From: Bacteroidales bacterium
GTDB lineage: Bacteria > Bacteroidota > Bacteroidia > Bacteroidales > FEN-979
DNA length: 30,896 nucleotides
Assembly (NCBI GenBank): GCA_049516815.1
Contig: JBEKST010000001.1
Span: 1-30,896, forward strand
Reading direction: 5' to 3'
Shown: piece after piece, positions 10,601 through 18,979 of the stretch
Layout: every line of letters starts with the position of its first letter
Position numbering within the stretch: position 1 is the first letter of the stretch
Notes under the pieces: generated by a model
Told to the model about the DNA's origin: nothing
The model's input: only the letters and a program-made list of their open reading frames with translations
The model's database searches: none
Made by a program: the position numbers and the translations under genes

Positions 10601-10772
10601 TCTCAGGGTTTGCCCCCGAATAGGTCGTCGTTACCGTCACCACTGGCGGGTCCATCTCCGGATACTCCCTGATTCCAAGATAATAAAACCCTACGAACCC
10701 AAAGATGAGAATCAGGATGGTAAATACCATGGCAAGAACCGGCTTTTTTATACTCAGTTCGGATAAGCTCAT
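7659..10772 (-). CDS. RND efflux permease (AcrB/AcrD/AcrF family)
   Basis: 1037 aa. Proton-relay motifs GLVCDDAIVVLEN, GLVTKNGILIVEF and RFRPILMTS, with two large periplasmic loops. Confidence 0.96.
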   Translation of the reverse strand: MSLSELSIKKPVLAMVFTILILIFGFVGFYYLGIREYPEMDPPVVTVTTTYSGANPEIIQAQITEPLEDAINGIEGIRTLSSVSTDQSSLITVEFNLGKEMESAANDVRDRVSKAIKLLPKDVDPPIVEKLSANANAIIFIIVRSYKRNIMEVNDLVENKIKERLQTIPGVGDIKIFGEKKYSMRLWLDPNKMAANGITSVDVERAVNRENIELPSGRVEGDLTELTIRTLGLMQSPEQFNDVIIKQEGGNIVRLSDIGTAELYPENDRSTVLMELLPVIIIGVVPQTGANNVAIANEFYKRLENLRKEIPPDYDVRIGYDFTKFERGAVKEVQQTIILSLILVVLIIFIFLRDWRSTIIPVAAIPVSIIGSFIIMALMGLSINVLSLLAIVLAIGLVCDDAIVVLENIYTKIDAGLHPTDAALKGMKEIFFAVISTTITLAAVFLPIMFLQGLIGRLFKEFAIVIAGSVLISAFVALTLSPMMCSRILKTQRHLNTNWLISKTEPFFLSLNRGYRYSLKGLMNRRWLVFPVFVGLIFVIGFTYHSLHSELAPLEDRSNIRIPTLAPEGSTYEFMTNYMAQVDSYIADSFPEATVSFSWISPSMGTIENPNKAQQIVYLLDPEKRSRSQHEIFRKMSKDLQNITGIRTFPFEPPTIGDRFSGQPLQYVLQAPDLIGLNKELPEFLEEARKIPILQFVDANFKINKPELRITIDREKAALLDVSTQEIARTMQLAMSGQRYGYFIMNGKQYEIIGQVMRQDRDRPDALKALYVRNNKGELILIDNLIHMEESINPASIFSFNRYISATISAGLAPGATLGDGIKALDGVSKKLLPATFNTALAGQSRDYRESSSSLAYIFLLAIVLIFLILAAQFESFVDPLIILFTVPLALAGALFSLWYFNQTLNIFSEIGIIMLIGLVTKNGILIVEFANQRKATGLDKIEAVQRAAISRFRPILMTSSAMILGILPIALKLGASAESRQSLGIAVVGGLFFSTFLTLYIIPVMYSYLSGNPSTSKIDYTEITVEKKSIMTEDIS

Positions 10773-10773
10773 C

Positions 10774-11832
10774 TTAGTTTATTTTGGTTACTTTTAGTGG
10801 TGACTCCTTTTTAACCCGGAGCAAGTTGGTCAGGACAAGTGTATCTCCAACCTTTATTCCCTCAAGTATCTGGATATAATCACGACTTCTTACCCCGGTC
10901 TTAACCATCATGGGTTGGGCTAACCCTTCCCGTTTCACAAAAACACTGTACCCCTTGATGGATGGGATCAATGCAGAGGTTGGTATATACAGCCTTTTAC
11001 TTAATTGCCCCAAGGTAAGCGTAACTTTGACAGATGTGCCAGCTACTAATTTTTCATCGCCATTCGCGGCGACCGCCCTCACAAGAAGCGTCCGTGTCCT
11101 GACATCCACGGCAGGTTCGATGGCTTCGACCACTGCGGCCACATTATCGTTTAAATAATCGGTGCAGAAACTGATCGTTGATCCAACATGTATATCCCGG
11201 GCATACCGCTCCGGTATTGAAAAATCTATTTTAACCCTGCTGATATCTACCAAATTGGCCAAAACGAGCCCCGGATTCACCAGGGTGCCTTCGCTCACAT
11301 TCCTCAAACCGATTTTCCCCGCAAATGGAGCACGGATCTCCGTTTTTGCCAGGTCAACCTTCAGTATCTCAATTTCTGCCAAGAGGGTCTGATGCAGGTT
11401 TGATACCTCATCATAGCGTTCCTGGCTGATTCCTCCCTTTAATAGCAGAACTTTTTCCCTGGATTCATTCGCTTCGGCCAGTTTCACCTCAATAATTAAC
11501 TTGTTGATTTTTGCATTGATATCGGCATCATCCAGTTTAAACAGCAATTGATCTTTTGCAACATATGCGCCTTCCTTAAGAAATATCGAAGTAATTTTCC
11601 GGTTGATCTCGCTCACGATTTCAACCTGCTCATTGGCACTAATCGTTCCGACCGTTTCAAGTTGATAGTTAACTAGAGTATCTTTTGTGATAAAGCATTC
11701 GACAGGGACTATCGGATTAGTATTGGATAAGTTAACATACTCTTTTTTGCCAGAGATGACACATGTTCTTAAAAGAGCAAGAATGACCACTACTATTATA
11801 AGGCATCCCAGAATAAAGAGTGTTCGCTTCAT
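10774..11832 (-). CDS. RND periplasmic adaptor (membrane fusion protein)
   Basis: 352 aa. N-terminal anchor, lipoyl half-motifs (GAYVAKDQLLFKLD; IRAPFAGKIG), alpha-hairpin, IEPAVDVRTRT. Ends 1 nt before the RND ATG. Confidence 0.94.
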   Translation of the reverse strand: MKRTLFILGCLIIVVVILALLRTCVISGKKEYVNLSNTNPIVPVECFITKDTLVNYQLETVGTISANEQVEIVSEINRKITSIFLKEGAYVAKDQLLFKLDDADINAKINKLIIEVKLAEANESREKVLLLKGGISQERYDEVSNLHQTLLAEIEILKVDLAKTEIRAPFAGKIGLRNVSEGTLVNPGLVLANLVDISRVKIDFSIPERYARDIHVGSTISFCTDYLNDNVAAVVEAIEPAVDVRTRTLLVRAVAANGDEKLVAGTSVKVTLTLGQLSKRLYIPTSALIPSIKGYSVFVKREGLAQPMMVKTGVRSRDYIQILEGIKVGDTLVLTNLLRVKKESPLKVTKIN

Positions 11833-11843
11833 GTGTAAATACT

Positions 11844-14810
11844 TTAAAATTTTAGTGATACCATAAACTGGTCGTGCGGAAGTATCGGGCCATAGGCTCT
11901 GGAAAATCCAAAGGAGAGGGTTGATTTGAGCAAAGAGAATAAAACAAGTTCCAAATCAAGCTGAACCCCGGATGAAAAGAAATTCAGCTGAGGTTGGTCG
12001 TTGGCAATATTGGTAAAAAGACCCTGACCGAACAACGTAAACCGGGCATAGGTTGAATAAAAGCTCTTCATCCCGAAACGTTTGAAACGAATGGGTTTAA
12101 AATTAACCTCGGCCGAAATTTTCCCATAGTTTAGTGCTGAAATTTCATCGATCTCAACACCTGGAAAACTTGACATTTCCCGGTATTGCTGCGCCGAACG
12201 ATAATCAAGATAGTTATTCCCAAATCCTCCAAAGTAAAAATAGGAATTTGTCTTATTCGATTCTCCAAACGATTGCCCGATCGATGTTCTGAACCACAAT
12301 GAAGAGTTCCGTAATGGAAGTAAAAATCCAAGGTCAAAATTGTTAATCAGTTGCGGATAAAAGGTCTTCTTTGCGAAACTGGTATAGGCAAACACATTCC
12401 AGTCAAAGCCTTGTTCCGGTTCAATGGCGCCAAGTGATTTTCGTAAGTAACTCTTATGAAAATTGAGGGTCCCGACGTATAAATTACGGTAATCGGAGGC
12501 AATATTCTGGTAAAACGGTAAGGTCTCCAGATCGCCATAAGCAGTGAGTTTGATATAAAAATCGGTTTTTTCGGGTGAAAAACGGTTAATCAGTTTATAA
12601 TACTTTGCTGAAAAGGAGTAGCCAGCCCTGCTGAATTTGGTTGGGCCAAACAGGTCATAAAAATCAGCATAATTGTAATTTCCTGCGAAGGACCAGTTCC
12701 AGTAGTTGTATTCCGCTGAAAAATGAATAGTCTGTTTGAGCGGCAAGTTGGGTTGAGGTGAAAAAGAGAGTTTGAGCGTGAGCGAATTCAGACCCATCGG
12801 GTCCATGAAATTGAGCCGGTACCCGGCAGCAATATAATCTTTATATCCCTGGAGTATGGGATATACGCTGGCCAGTCTGAGTTCATGGATCGGACGATAA
12901 CGCTTCTCGGAAACCTTCAGCGAGTCAAGATTTATTTTCGATGGAGGGGGTAATGTCCAGCTTTCAATATCCAAATTCTTCTTATAAATCTGTTGGCCGA
13001 GGAATTTAATAGGAGACACATCGGCCAACGTATCAATTTTCATCATTCCGGCCACCATGCCTTTATGGGTGTATTCAAACATCAGCATTGAATCGGCCGA
13101 AACCGGTAAAGGCCTGAAAAAGCCGTTTTCGGCATTGGTAAGGATCTGTGCTTTATGTGTATCGATTGAGATGCGGAAAATATTTGAAACCCCTGTATAA
13201 TAAGAAGTTCCATAGAGATATTTTCCATCCGGTGAAAAAACGAAATTGGCAGCCGGGTTATCTTCAAATTCGTATAATTCCTGGTAATCTGTTTTTCCGG
13301 CAAGCAGGTCAGCAATGCGGAATAAAACCAGTCTCTGCCTCCCTCTTACATCCGAAAGCGTAGCAGAAAGTAAACTCCCATCTGATGAAATGGCGGGATC
13401 CGACAGATCCTTGCCAAATGGAAGGGTAAACATCGTTTGGTACTTCTTATATGGAGGTACGAACCGTACAAGGTTCGACCGCCCGCTCATGCTCTGAATA
13501 CCCCAAAGCGTATGGTTTTTGGGATCAAAAACCAGATTTCCGCAACGGCTGTATTTGATAAGATTCTGCGTTTTGCCTGTTTTCACATCGATTGATTGAA
13601 GCCCGCGCCAATCGTTATTATGTGTTGAAATGAAAATCGTTTTTGATGAATCGTCATAGGCCATACTGGTCACATAAAACAGGCCTGGACTGGGCACTGG
13701 GGCAATCCTTTTCATCTTACCCGTAACAATATCAATGCTTGCAATGTGAGCCAGTTTGCCAGGATAATTAATGGCAACCAATATGTTATGTGATGCCGGA
13801 TCATAATACTGGCGCGAAACAGATCCCAGGGGCTCCTTCGTAATATTCCGGTAATTCGTTAATGGATATTTGCTGATCTCCTTTAAATTCTTCTTTTGAA
13901 ATTCGTGCTCCCACTTGATCCATTGATCCCATTCATGCTGAATCGGAATTCCATATACATGTTTAAACTGGGAAGCATAAAAGCGTCTGCTTGTATCGGT
14001 TCTCGCATAAAAATTCTTCAGTTTCGGGATACCATATTTATATGCAAGGTAGCTTACGAACCGTGTACCGTAAAGATAGGAATTCACACCCACCTGGAAA
14101 TCGATCGTTGTACCTTCTGTTTCAAGTCCGATCACATTATAGAAAAATGCACTGTCGTGCACCATCGTGCGGAATACCATTTCATCGTATCCACCCATTA
14201 CACGACCAACACCACCCGACATCCAGGTTTCCATGAAAACTGCGATCCCTTCGTGATACCACCTGGGAGAGTACCAACGGGGTGTGGTAAAATAACTGTA
14301 AACCATTGAAAACGGATCTCGGTTATCAGCCATCACCTTGCCTCCGAAAATTGTTCTCAGAATTTTATCGGATTTCGATGCTTTGTCGCACATTACCTGG
14401 TGCGTGAGTTCATGGCTCATCAACCACTGCATCCGTTCATTGGAAGGGACAACCGAAAAGGTGTATTCAAAAGGCGAAATGCCAATGTTCAGAAAGTTCC
14501 AGGGGATTACCATGGTTCCACCATTTCCGATGTCGGAAAAATCGTTGAACAGGATGTTGGTTTCTCCGCTTGGCGTATAATCCCAGAATCGCTTATGGAA
14601 AGCCAGTGCATTCTCGAATGACCGCACGGTATGCGGAACGAGGTAGGAAGTGTTTTTATCCAGAAAAACCAGCCTTACATTTTTTGTTTCAAATTTCTGG
14701 ATGTTGATTTTTTTCTGAGTCTGAGCAGAAAGAAAAAAAGGAACAGACAGTAACACAAAGATCGAAACAACCAGAAAAAAAGGATGTGTGATACGGATAT
14801 ATCTTAACAT
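11844..14810 (-). CDS. Secreted fusion: gluzincin-type zinc metallopeptidase + TolB/WD40-like beta-propeller + C-terminal outer-membrane beta-barrel (Omp85-like, tentative)
   Basis: The likely ATG is 14810, because the ORF-track start at 14849 overlaps a -7 box. Signal peptide ends LSA-Q. HELTH at 14400-14414 plus PRWYHEGIA as the third-ligand Glu. PD40-like repeats (DPAISSDGSLL, FVFSPDGKYLY). Amphipathic strands end in terminal Phe (FMVSLKF). Confidence 0.78.
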   Translation of the reverse strand: MLRYIRITHPFFLVVSIFVLLSVPFFLSAQTQKKINIQKFETKNVRLVFLDKNTSYLVPHTVRSFENALAFHKRFWDYTPSGETNILFNDFSDIGNGGTMVIPWNFLNIGISPFEYTFSVVPSNERMQWLMSHELTHQVMCDKASKSDKILRTIFGGKVMADNRDPFSMVYSYFTTPRWYSPRWYHEGIAVFMETWMSGGVGRVMGGYDEMVFRTMVHDSAFFYNVIGLETEGTTIDFQVGVNSYLYGTRFVSYLAYKYGIPKLKNFYARTDTSRRFYASQFKHVYGIPIQHEWDQWIKWEHEFQKKNLKEISKYPLTNYRNITKEPLGSVSRQYYDPASHNILVAINYPGKLAHIASIDIVTGKMKRIAPVPSPGLFYVTSMAYDDSSKTIFISTHNNDWRGLQSIDVKTGKTQNLIKYSRCGNLVFDPKNHTLWGIQSMSGRSNLVRFVPPYKKYQTMFTLPFGKDLSDPAISSDGSLLSATLSDVRGRQRLVLFRIADLLAGKTDYQELYEFEDNPAANFVFSPDGKYLYGTSYYTGVSNIFRISIDTHKAQILTNAENGFFRPLPVSADSMLMFEYTHKGMVAGMMKIDTLADVSPIKFLGQQIYKKNLDIESWTLPPPSKINLDSLKVSEKRYRPIHELRLASVYPILQGYKDYIAAGYRLNFMDPMGLNSLTLKLSFSPQPNLPLKQTIHFSAEYNYWNWSFAGNYNYADFYDLFGPTKFSRAGYSFSAKYYKLINRFSPEKTDFYIKLTAYGDLETLPFYQNIASDYRNLYVGTLNFHKSYLRKSLGAIEPEQGFDWNVFAYTSFAKKTFYPQLINNFDLGFLLPLRNSSLWFRTSIGQSFGESNKTNSYFYFGGFGNNYLDYRSAQQYREMSSFPGVEIDEISALNYGKISAEVNFKPIRFKRFGMKSFYSTYARFTLFGQGLFTNIANDQPQLNFFSSGVQLDLELVLFSLLKSTLSFGFSRAYGPILPHDQFMVSLKF

Positions 14811-14836
14811 GGTAGCGAAAATCAGTATCGTCGTGC

Positions 14837-14844
14837 CAAATTTA
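14837..14844 (-). promoter_or_regulatory. Bacteroidota housekeeping -7 box TAAATTTG for the peptidase-barrel/RND unit
   Basis: Exact TAnnTTTG match 26 nt upstream of ATG 14810. No -33 box at canonical spacing. Confidence 0.55.
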
Positions 14845-15179
14845 AACAAAAATGAAACCTACACTACATTCGCAATAAAAAACACATCCACGGAGACATC
14901 ACAATAAATTCCTGCAATTATAATCATAAAGCCGTCAATTGACTCTGACTTCGGAAGTCCGTGCCTATTTGCCTATTATATGCCGCCAAAGGCTGATCAG
15001 ATCACACACTACCTTGACTATTGGCTTGACCTCAAGCAAATGGAAGGTTTTGTAAAGAGCAGGAAAAACAATGGATGGATGGAGTCCGGCCGGGATCAAT
15101 CATTCGCCGGCGGTGTTGGATCCGGAATATATTTCATTGGATCGATTCCAAAGGGTCAGGTGGAAATTTTTTTTCTCTT

Positions 15180-16445
15180 TTATTGTCCCTGTGGAATGAC
15201 ATTCAATCCCATACTACCAAGCTGACCCACCATATTTATAAAGTCTGAGCTGTAGACGACATTAAGTCCCTGCTGGTTGCTGAGAATCTGATTCAACTGA
15301 GCGCTCGATAACGCTATTCCCAAATTACTCTGATTTGAGCTATAAACGCTTTTCAAATCGATGTTCGATTGATAAAGGTTAAGTCCATGGGATGAAAAAA
15401 CGGCTACACCGGCAATGGCTCCCAGTGAAACGGAGCCTTGTAATATGGCTGTGATCTGGGAAGAGGACAAAACGTTTTGAAGATCTGTTTTATTTCCCAC
15501 CTGGAATTGCAGGTTGGCTTTATCGTATACCATTACACTACCTACGATGTTGCCAAGGTCCTGTTTTGATTTTACAGTCTGTCCCAGTTGCTGAGCCTGG
15601 ATAATTTTCCCAAGTTGGACATTGGAGCCAAATCCCATCTCCGTACTCCCTATATAATTTCCAAGGTTTCCCTGGCTCATAACGACATTTAAACTGTTCT
15701 GGCTCGAGAGGTTCAGTTGTTCTTTGCTGAGAACAATATTTAATGCCGATTGAGAAGAAAGTGCGTAGCCAATCAGTTGGGCGCATAAGGGTTTATCCTG
15801 GAGCAATCCGGAAAGTTGGACACCCTGGAGCAGCAACTGGTCGCGGATTGATTTCAGACTGATTAACTCGGTTTTTTTCGTTTTCAGTGTTTTGTCCGAC
15901 AGCATGAAATTGTCCATGCTCCTGAGTGCCAGGTTAAGAACGGAATCTTTTTCATTCAGGTTGTTTACGTAAATTCCGAAATCACGGAGGTTCTTTTCCA
16001 CATCGGCTGATTCATCCGAGTTATCCTTTAAATAGAAAGCTGTAAGCACCCGGATTGTGGTGGCCAGGGTTTTATTGTTATTCCTGATAAAATCGGAAAA
16101 ATCTTGCAAGGCCGATACTGATGCACACTTGTTGGGGTCAGTGCAAATTCCCTTCGATCTATATTTGTCGACACAGGAATCAATATTATTACTCAGATTC
16201 TGGGTAAAAACCGAAAAATAAATCAGCCCCTGGATCATATTTTTTAATTTACCTGTATCGGCAACCAATTCGCTCCGAAGCAAAATATCTTTTTCGGTCA
16301 TCTGCTGTTTATGGTATTTCTCAGCCTTACCAAAGGTTCCCGAAGTCAATCCTTTGAATAATGTAGGGTAAAATAATGAAATCCCTACGATCAGGATAGC
16401 AATAATCACCACAACGCTGATGATCACCTTGACTTGCTTTTTCAT
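15180..16445 (-). CDS. Hypothetical membrane-anchored protein with a helical domain and a C-terminal S/Q/N/G-rich repeat region
   Basis: 421 aa. KK plus a hydrophobic stretch at residues 7-26, 4 Cys in the helical domain, repeats at residues 230-421. Starts 20 nt after the anti-sigma stop. Confidence 0.85.
   Translation of the reverse strand: MKKQVKVIISVVVIIAILIVGISLFYPTLFKGLTSGTFGKAEKYHKQQMTEKDILLRSELVADTGKLKNMIQGLIYFSVFTQNLSNNIDSCVDKYRSKGICTDPNKCASVSALQDFSDFIRNNNKTLATTIRVLTAFYLKDNSDESADVEKNLRDFGIYVNNLNEKDSVLNLALRSMDNFMLSDKTLKTKKTELISLKSIRDQLLLQGVQLSGLLQDKPLCAQLIGYALSSQSALNIVLSKEQLNLSSQNSLNVVMSQGNLGNYIGSTEMGFGSNVQLGKIIQAQQLGQTVKSKQDLGNIVGSVMVYDKANLQFQVGNKTDLQNVLSSSQITAILQGSVSLGAIAGVAVFSSHGLNLYQSNIDLKSVYSSNQSNLGIALSSAQLNQILSNQQGLNVVYSSDFINMVGQLGSMGLNVIPQGQ
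15183..15758 (-). repeat. Protein-level degenerate repeat array, about 20 units of mostly 8-11 aa, consensus approx. [S/Q/N]xx-L-[G/N]-x-hydrophobic-hydrophobic-[S/G]
   Basis: Anchor residues L235, L244, L252, L261, M270, L278, L287, L297, L312, L322, I331, L341, L355, L364, L375, L384, L394, I403, L409, L414. The DNA repeats are not identical. Confidence 0.7.
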
Positions 16446-16465
16446 ATCTTTATTTGTTGATGTTT

Positions 16466-17248
16466 CTATTCTTTGTTGACTTGTACCGAATTATGATATA
16501 CCGATAAATCGTTCTGATAAATTTTAAAGTCGATGTTATGTGACAAACTGTTTTTATTGTAAAGCTGTATAATAAATTTATTGTCGCCTATATTATTGAT
16601 CTGAATTAAGTTGGCAGCAACCACGGCAGAGGATTGATCATTCACGCTGACATTCTGCACGTTTAATACTTTAAAGTCATTATAATCGAATTCGATGATT
16701 GATTTAACCAGATTAAGCGAAGAAATATCCACTCTTATTTCAACTATTTTCGTGGAATAGCGTACGTTGCACACGGCCTTTGTCAGGGGATCTTCATATT
16801 GTAAAACATCGGCCACTTTCATGTTATCAAATGAACGGGAATCGTAGAAAGTTCCCTTCATATCTTTGGTTGGGGCATTGGCTTTTTTAAAATCAACCTT
16901 TAAGAAACTGAAAATTATAATTCCCACGAAAACACCCAATACGAAGCTAAAACCTAATCTGACAGCAGGCCGTGACCAAAAGCTTCGCACTATTAAAAAT
17001 CCCGCTGTTTTCGGTGGCTGCTTATAGGTTTCCATATTTATCCTTTTTAATATTTCCTGTTTTAAATCGATATCAACAAAGGCTTTTTGCTCTTTATTCA
17101 TCTGAATTTTTATCAATTCCCATTCTTTGGATAATTGAGCAGCTTCCGGATGGTCAGACAGGTAGTCCTCAATTTCACACTGATCTGCCTTAGTTAACTC
17201 GCCATCCAGGTTCCTGTAAATCTTTTCGATGATTTCTTTTTCAGTCAT
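16466..17248 (-). CDS. Single-pass membrane anti-sigma factor
   Basis: Likely start at ATG 17248, overlapping the sigma stop (ATGACTGA). N-terminal anti-sigma-like domain (YRNLDGELTKADQCEIEDYL), TM LGFSFVLGVFVGIIIFSFL, beta-rich periplasmic domain. Confidence 0.78.
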   Translation of the reverse strand: MTEKEIIEKIYRNLDGELTKADQCEIEDYLSDHPEAAQLSKEWELIKIQMNKEQKAFVDIDLKQEILKRINMETYKQPPKTAGFLIVRSFWSRPAVRLGFSFVLGVFVGIIIFSFLKVDFKKANAPTKDMKGTFYDSRSFDNMKVADVLQYEDPLTKAVCNVRYSTKIVEIRVDISSLNLVKSIIEFDYNDFKVLNVQNVSVNDQSSAVVAANLIQINNIGDNKFIIQLYNKNSLSHNIDFKIYQNDLSVYHNSVQVNKE

Positions 17249-17786
17249 TTTCAAAAAATCCATTTGCAATCAATCCTTTTCGCAATTGTTCCCTGGCAAT
17301 AAATAATCTGGAACGAACTTTTTTAACCGGAATACGCGTGGCTTCAGTAATCTCTTCATAGGATAACCCGCAATAATATTTCAACAAAACCAATACCCTG
17401 TAATCTGCATTCATTTTGCGCAGTTCACGATGAAGTAAATTGTTTTTTGCTTCTGCAGCCATGGTTTCTGACTCTCCGAAATCAATCGGGTCAATCTTCC
17501 CAAGGCTTTCTGTCATCGGGTTTTTCCTGTTCCAGTTGATCGCTTCATTCACTGCGATCCGGTAAATCCAACTGAAAAACCGAAATCTGAAATCGAATCC
17601 ACCCATTTTTTCGAACGCTTTTACAAATACATCCTGAGTGAGATCTTTGGCCGTTTCAAAATTGCTAACCATTCGTAACATCATGTTTAAGATCGTTTTC
17701 TGGTAACGATCAATCAGCACCTCGAAGGAGGACATGTTGCCATGAATCACTTCATAAACAAGCTCATTATCGTCCTTCATTATCAT
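17241..17786 (-). CDS. ECF (sigma-70 group 4) RNA polymerase sigma factor
   Basis: 181 aa. Region 2 (AKDLTQDVFVKAF; FFSWIYRIAVNEAIN) and region 4 (GLSYEEITEATRIPVKKVRSRLFIAREQL). Confidence 0.93.
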   Translation of the reverse strand: MIMKDDNELVYEVIHGNMSSFEVLIDRYQKTILNMMLRMVSNFETAKDLTQDVFVKAFEKMGGFDFRFRFFSWIYRIAVNEAINWNRKNPMTESLGKIDPIDFGESETMAAEAKNNLLHRELRKMNADYRVLVLLKYYCGLSYEEITEATRIPVKKVRSRLFIAREQLRKGLIANGFFEND

Positions 17787-17789
17787 AAA

Positions 17790-17813
17790 TACAATAAAAA
17801 TGGAAAAAGTTGG
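17790..17813 (-). promoter_or_regulatory. Possible ECF-type autoregulatory promoter CCAAC-N15-TGTA
   Basis: An AAC -35 core and a GT-containing -10 element lie just upstream of the sigma ATG, which implies a nearly leaderless transcript. This is pattern resemblance only. Confidence 0.25.
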
Positions 17814-17846
17814 TGAAAGGTACTAAAAAATTATTAAAAAGATCCG

Positions 17847-18854
17847 CTAAATTTTTTCAAGCAGATAAAGCTTCCAGAGATCTTTCCGGTTCATCCGCAA
17901 CACTGGGGTAATGGCAAGGTATCCACCGCGACCAATGCTTTTCTTCAGGGCTTTCAACTCCCTGAGTTTAACCGGTAAATCAGGATCTGATGGAACTGCC
18001 ATGTCATTTTCCTTCAGCATCATCATGCTTTTGGCCTTCATCGAAAGTTCAAGGTACAAACTGATGAAACAATACATATCCAGCACCACCTCCCCCGGGA
18101 AATGTGCCTTCAGGGAAACCAGAAAACGACCTGTTTTTGTTTGAGAAAATTGCCCTTTTCTGATCATCCTAAGCATACCGACTTCAGAATCAAACTCTAA
18201 CTCGAGCCATTGGCGGATCGATTTCTCGTTTGAATTAAAGATTAAAATAAAGGACAGAGGTACCACCAGGATGATTATCACAGTTGAGACCAGCGGGGAG
18301 ACAAGGAACTGGTTAAAAATTCCATGGATTACTATGGCTGCCAGTACGCCCGATCCCGTTGCCACCCCAAGGTTTGATTGCCTGTTCAGTGCGCTCATGC
18401 ATAGAATGCCAAATATAGCTGTCGTTCCGCCGTGCATAATTGCTGTTCCAAACCCACGGGTGATCCAGATCATAAGGTTATTTTCATCCCCGGCATATTG
18501 TGATAGATAAAATAAATTTTCTGCAAAGGAAAAAGCCGCCCCGATCGAAAAACCATAGATTGCTCCATCAATCATGAATCCTATTTTATTTCTTTTTATC
18601 AGGAGCCATAACATGCCACATTTTAGCAATTCTTCAACGAAGGGTGCGATAAAACCGGAATAGGAATCAAAACTGACTCCCAGATGATTCATCAGATAGG
18701 TGTTAAGAAAAAAACTGATCCCCGAACTCACCAAACCCCATGTAAGGCAAATCATGAGCAGAGTTTTACTTACCAGTTTAAGGCTGTCGAGGTATAAAAG
18801 CATGACTAGGAAAAGAAATACGGGAATCAGGCTGACAAATACCTTTATAACCAT
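17847..18854 (-). CDS. prsW: PrsW-family glutamic-type intramembrane protease with an extra C-terminal soluble domain
   Basis: Multi-TM protein with motifs APFVEELLK (EExxK), FSFAEN (FxxxE), AIMHG and IHGIFN (HxxxN). Start is ATG 18854 or GTG 18863. Confidence 0.88.
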   Translation of the reverse strand: MVIKVFVSLIPVFLFLVMLLYLDSLKLVSKTLLMICLTWGLVSSGISFFLNTYLMNHLGVSFDSYSGFIAPFVEELLKCGMLWLLIKRNKIGFMIDGAIYGFSIGAAFSFAENLFYLSQYAGDENNLMIWITRGFGTAIMHGGTTAIFGILCMSALNRQSNLGVATGSGVLAAIVIHGIFNQFLVSPLVSTVIIILVVPLSFILIFNSNEKSIRQWLELEFDSEVGMLRMIRKGQFSQTKTGRFLVSLKAHFPGEVVLDMYCFISLYLELSMKAKSMMMLKENDMAVPSDPDLPVKLRELKALKKSIGRGGYLAITPVLRMNRKDLWKLYLLEKI

Positions 18855-18979
18855 GGATTTCACTTGTTTTATTAGTTACACCGGAAACTGGGTTTATATT
18901 GTCGGGTAATTTTATCTGTTTTGGTCATCACCAGCAGGAGATTATCATCCTATATCCCGAAATCCGAAATCCCTCAAAC

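Noticed and set aside
13896-14621. + strand ORFs opposite the peptidase-barrel gene
   Set aside because: They are antisense shadow ORFs with no start context or motifs.
14980-15225. 81-aa + strand ORF in the spacer between the repeat and barrel genes
   Set aside because: It overlaps the repeat gene end on the opposite strand, with no motif or evident promoter.
15180-16445. Curli (CsgA/B) or classical RiPP precursor call for the repeat protein
   Set aside because: It lacks the curli QxGxxNxAxxxQ repeat and csg genes, and no RiPP-modifying enzymes (LanM, YcaO, radical SAM) are in the window.
18955-18973. Short tandem GATTTCG repeats (minus strand) just after the cyclase stop
   Set aside because: Only two units in a low-complexity context, so there is no support for function.
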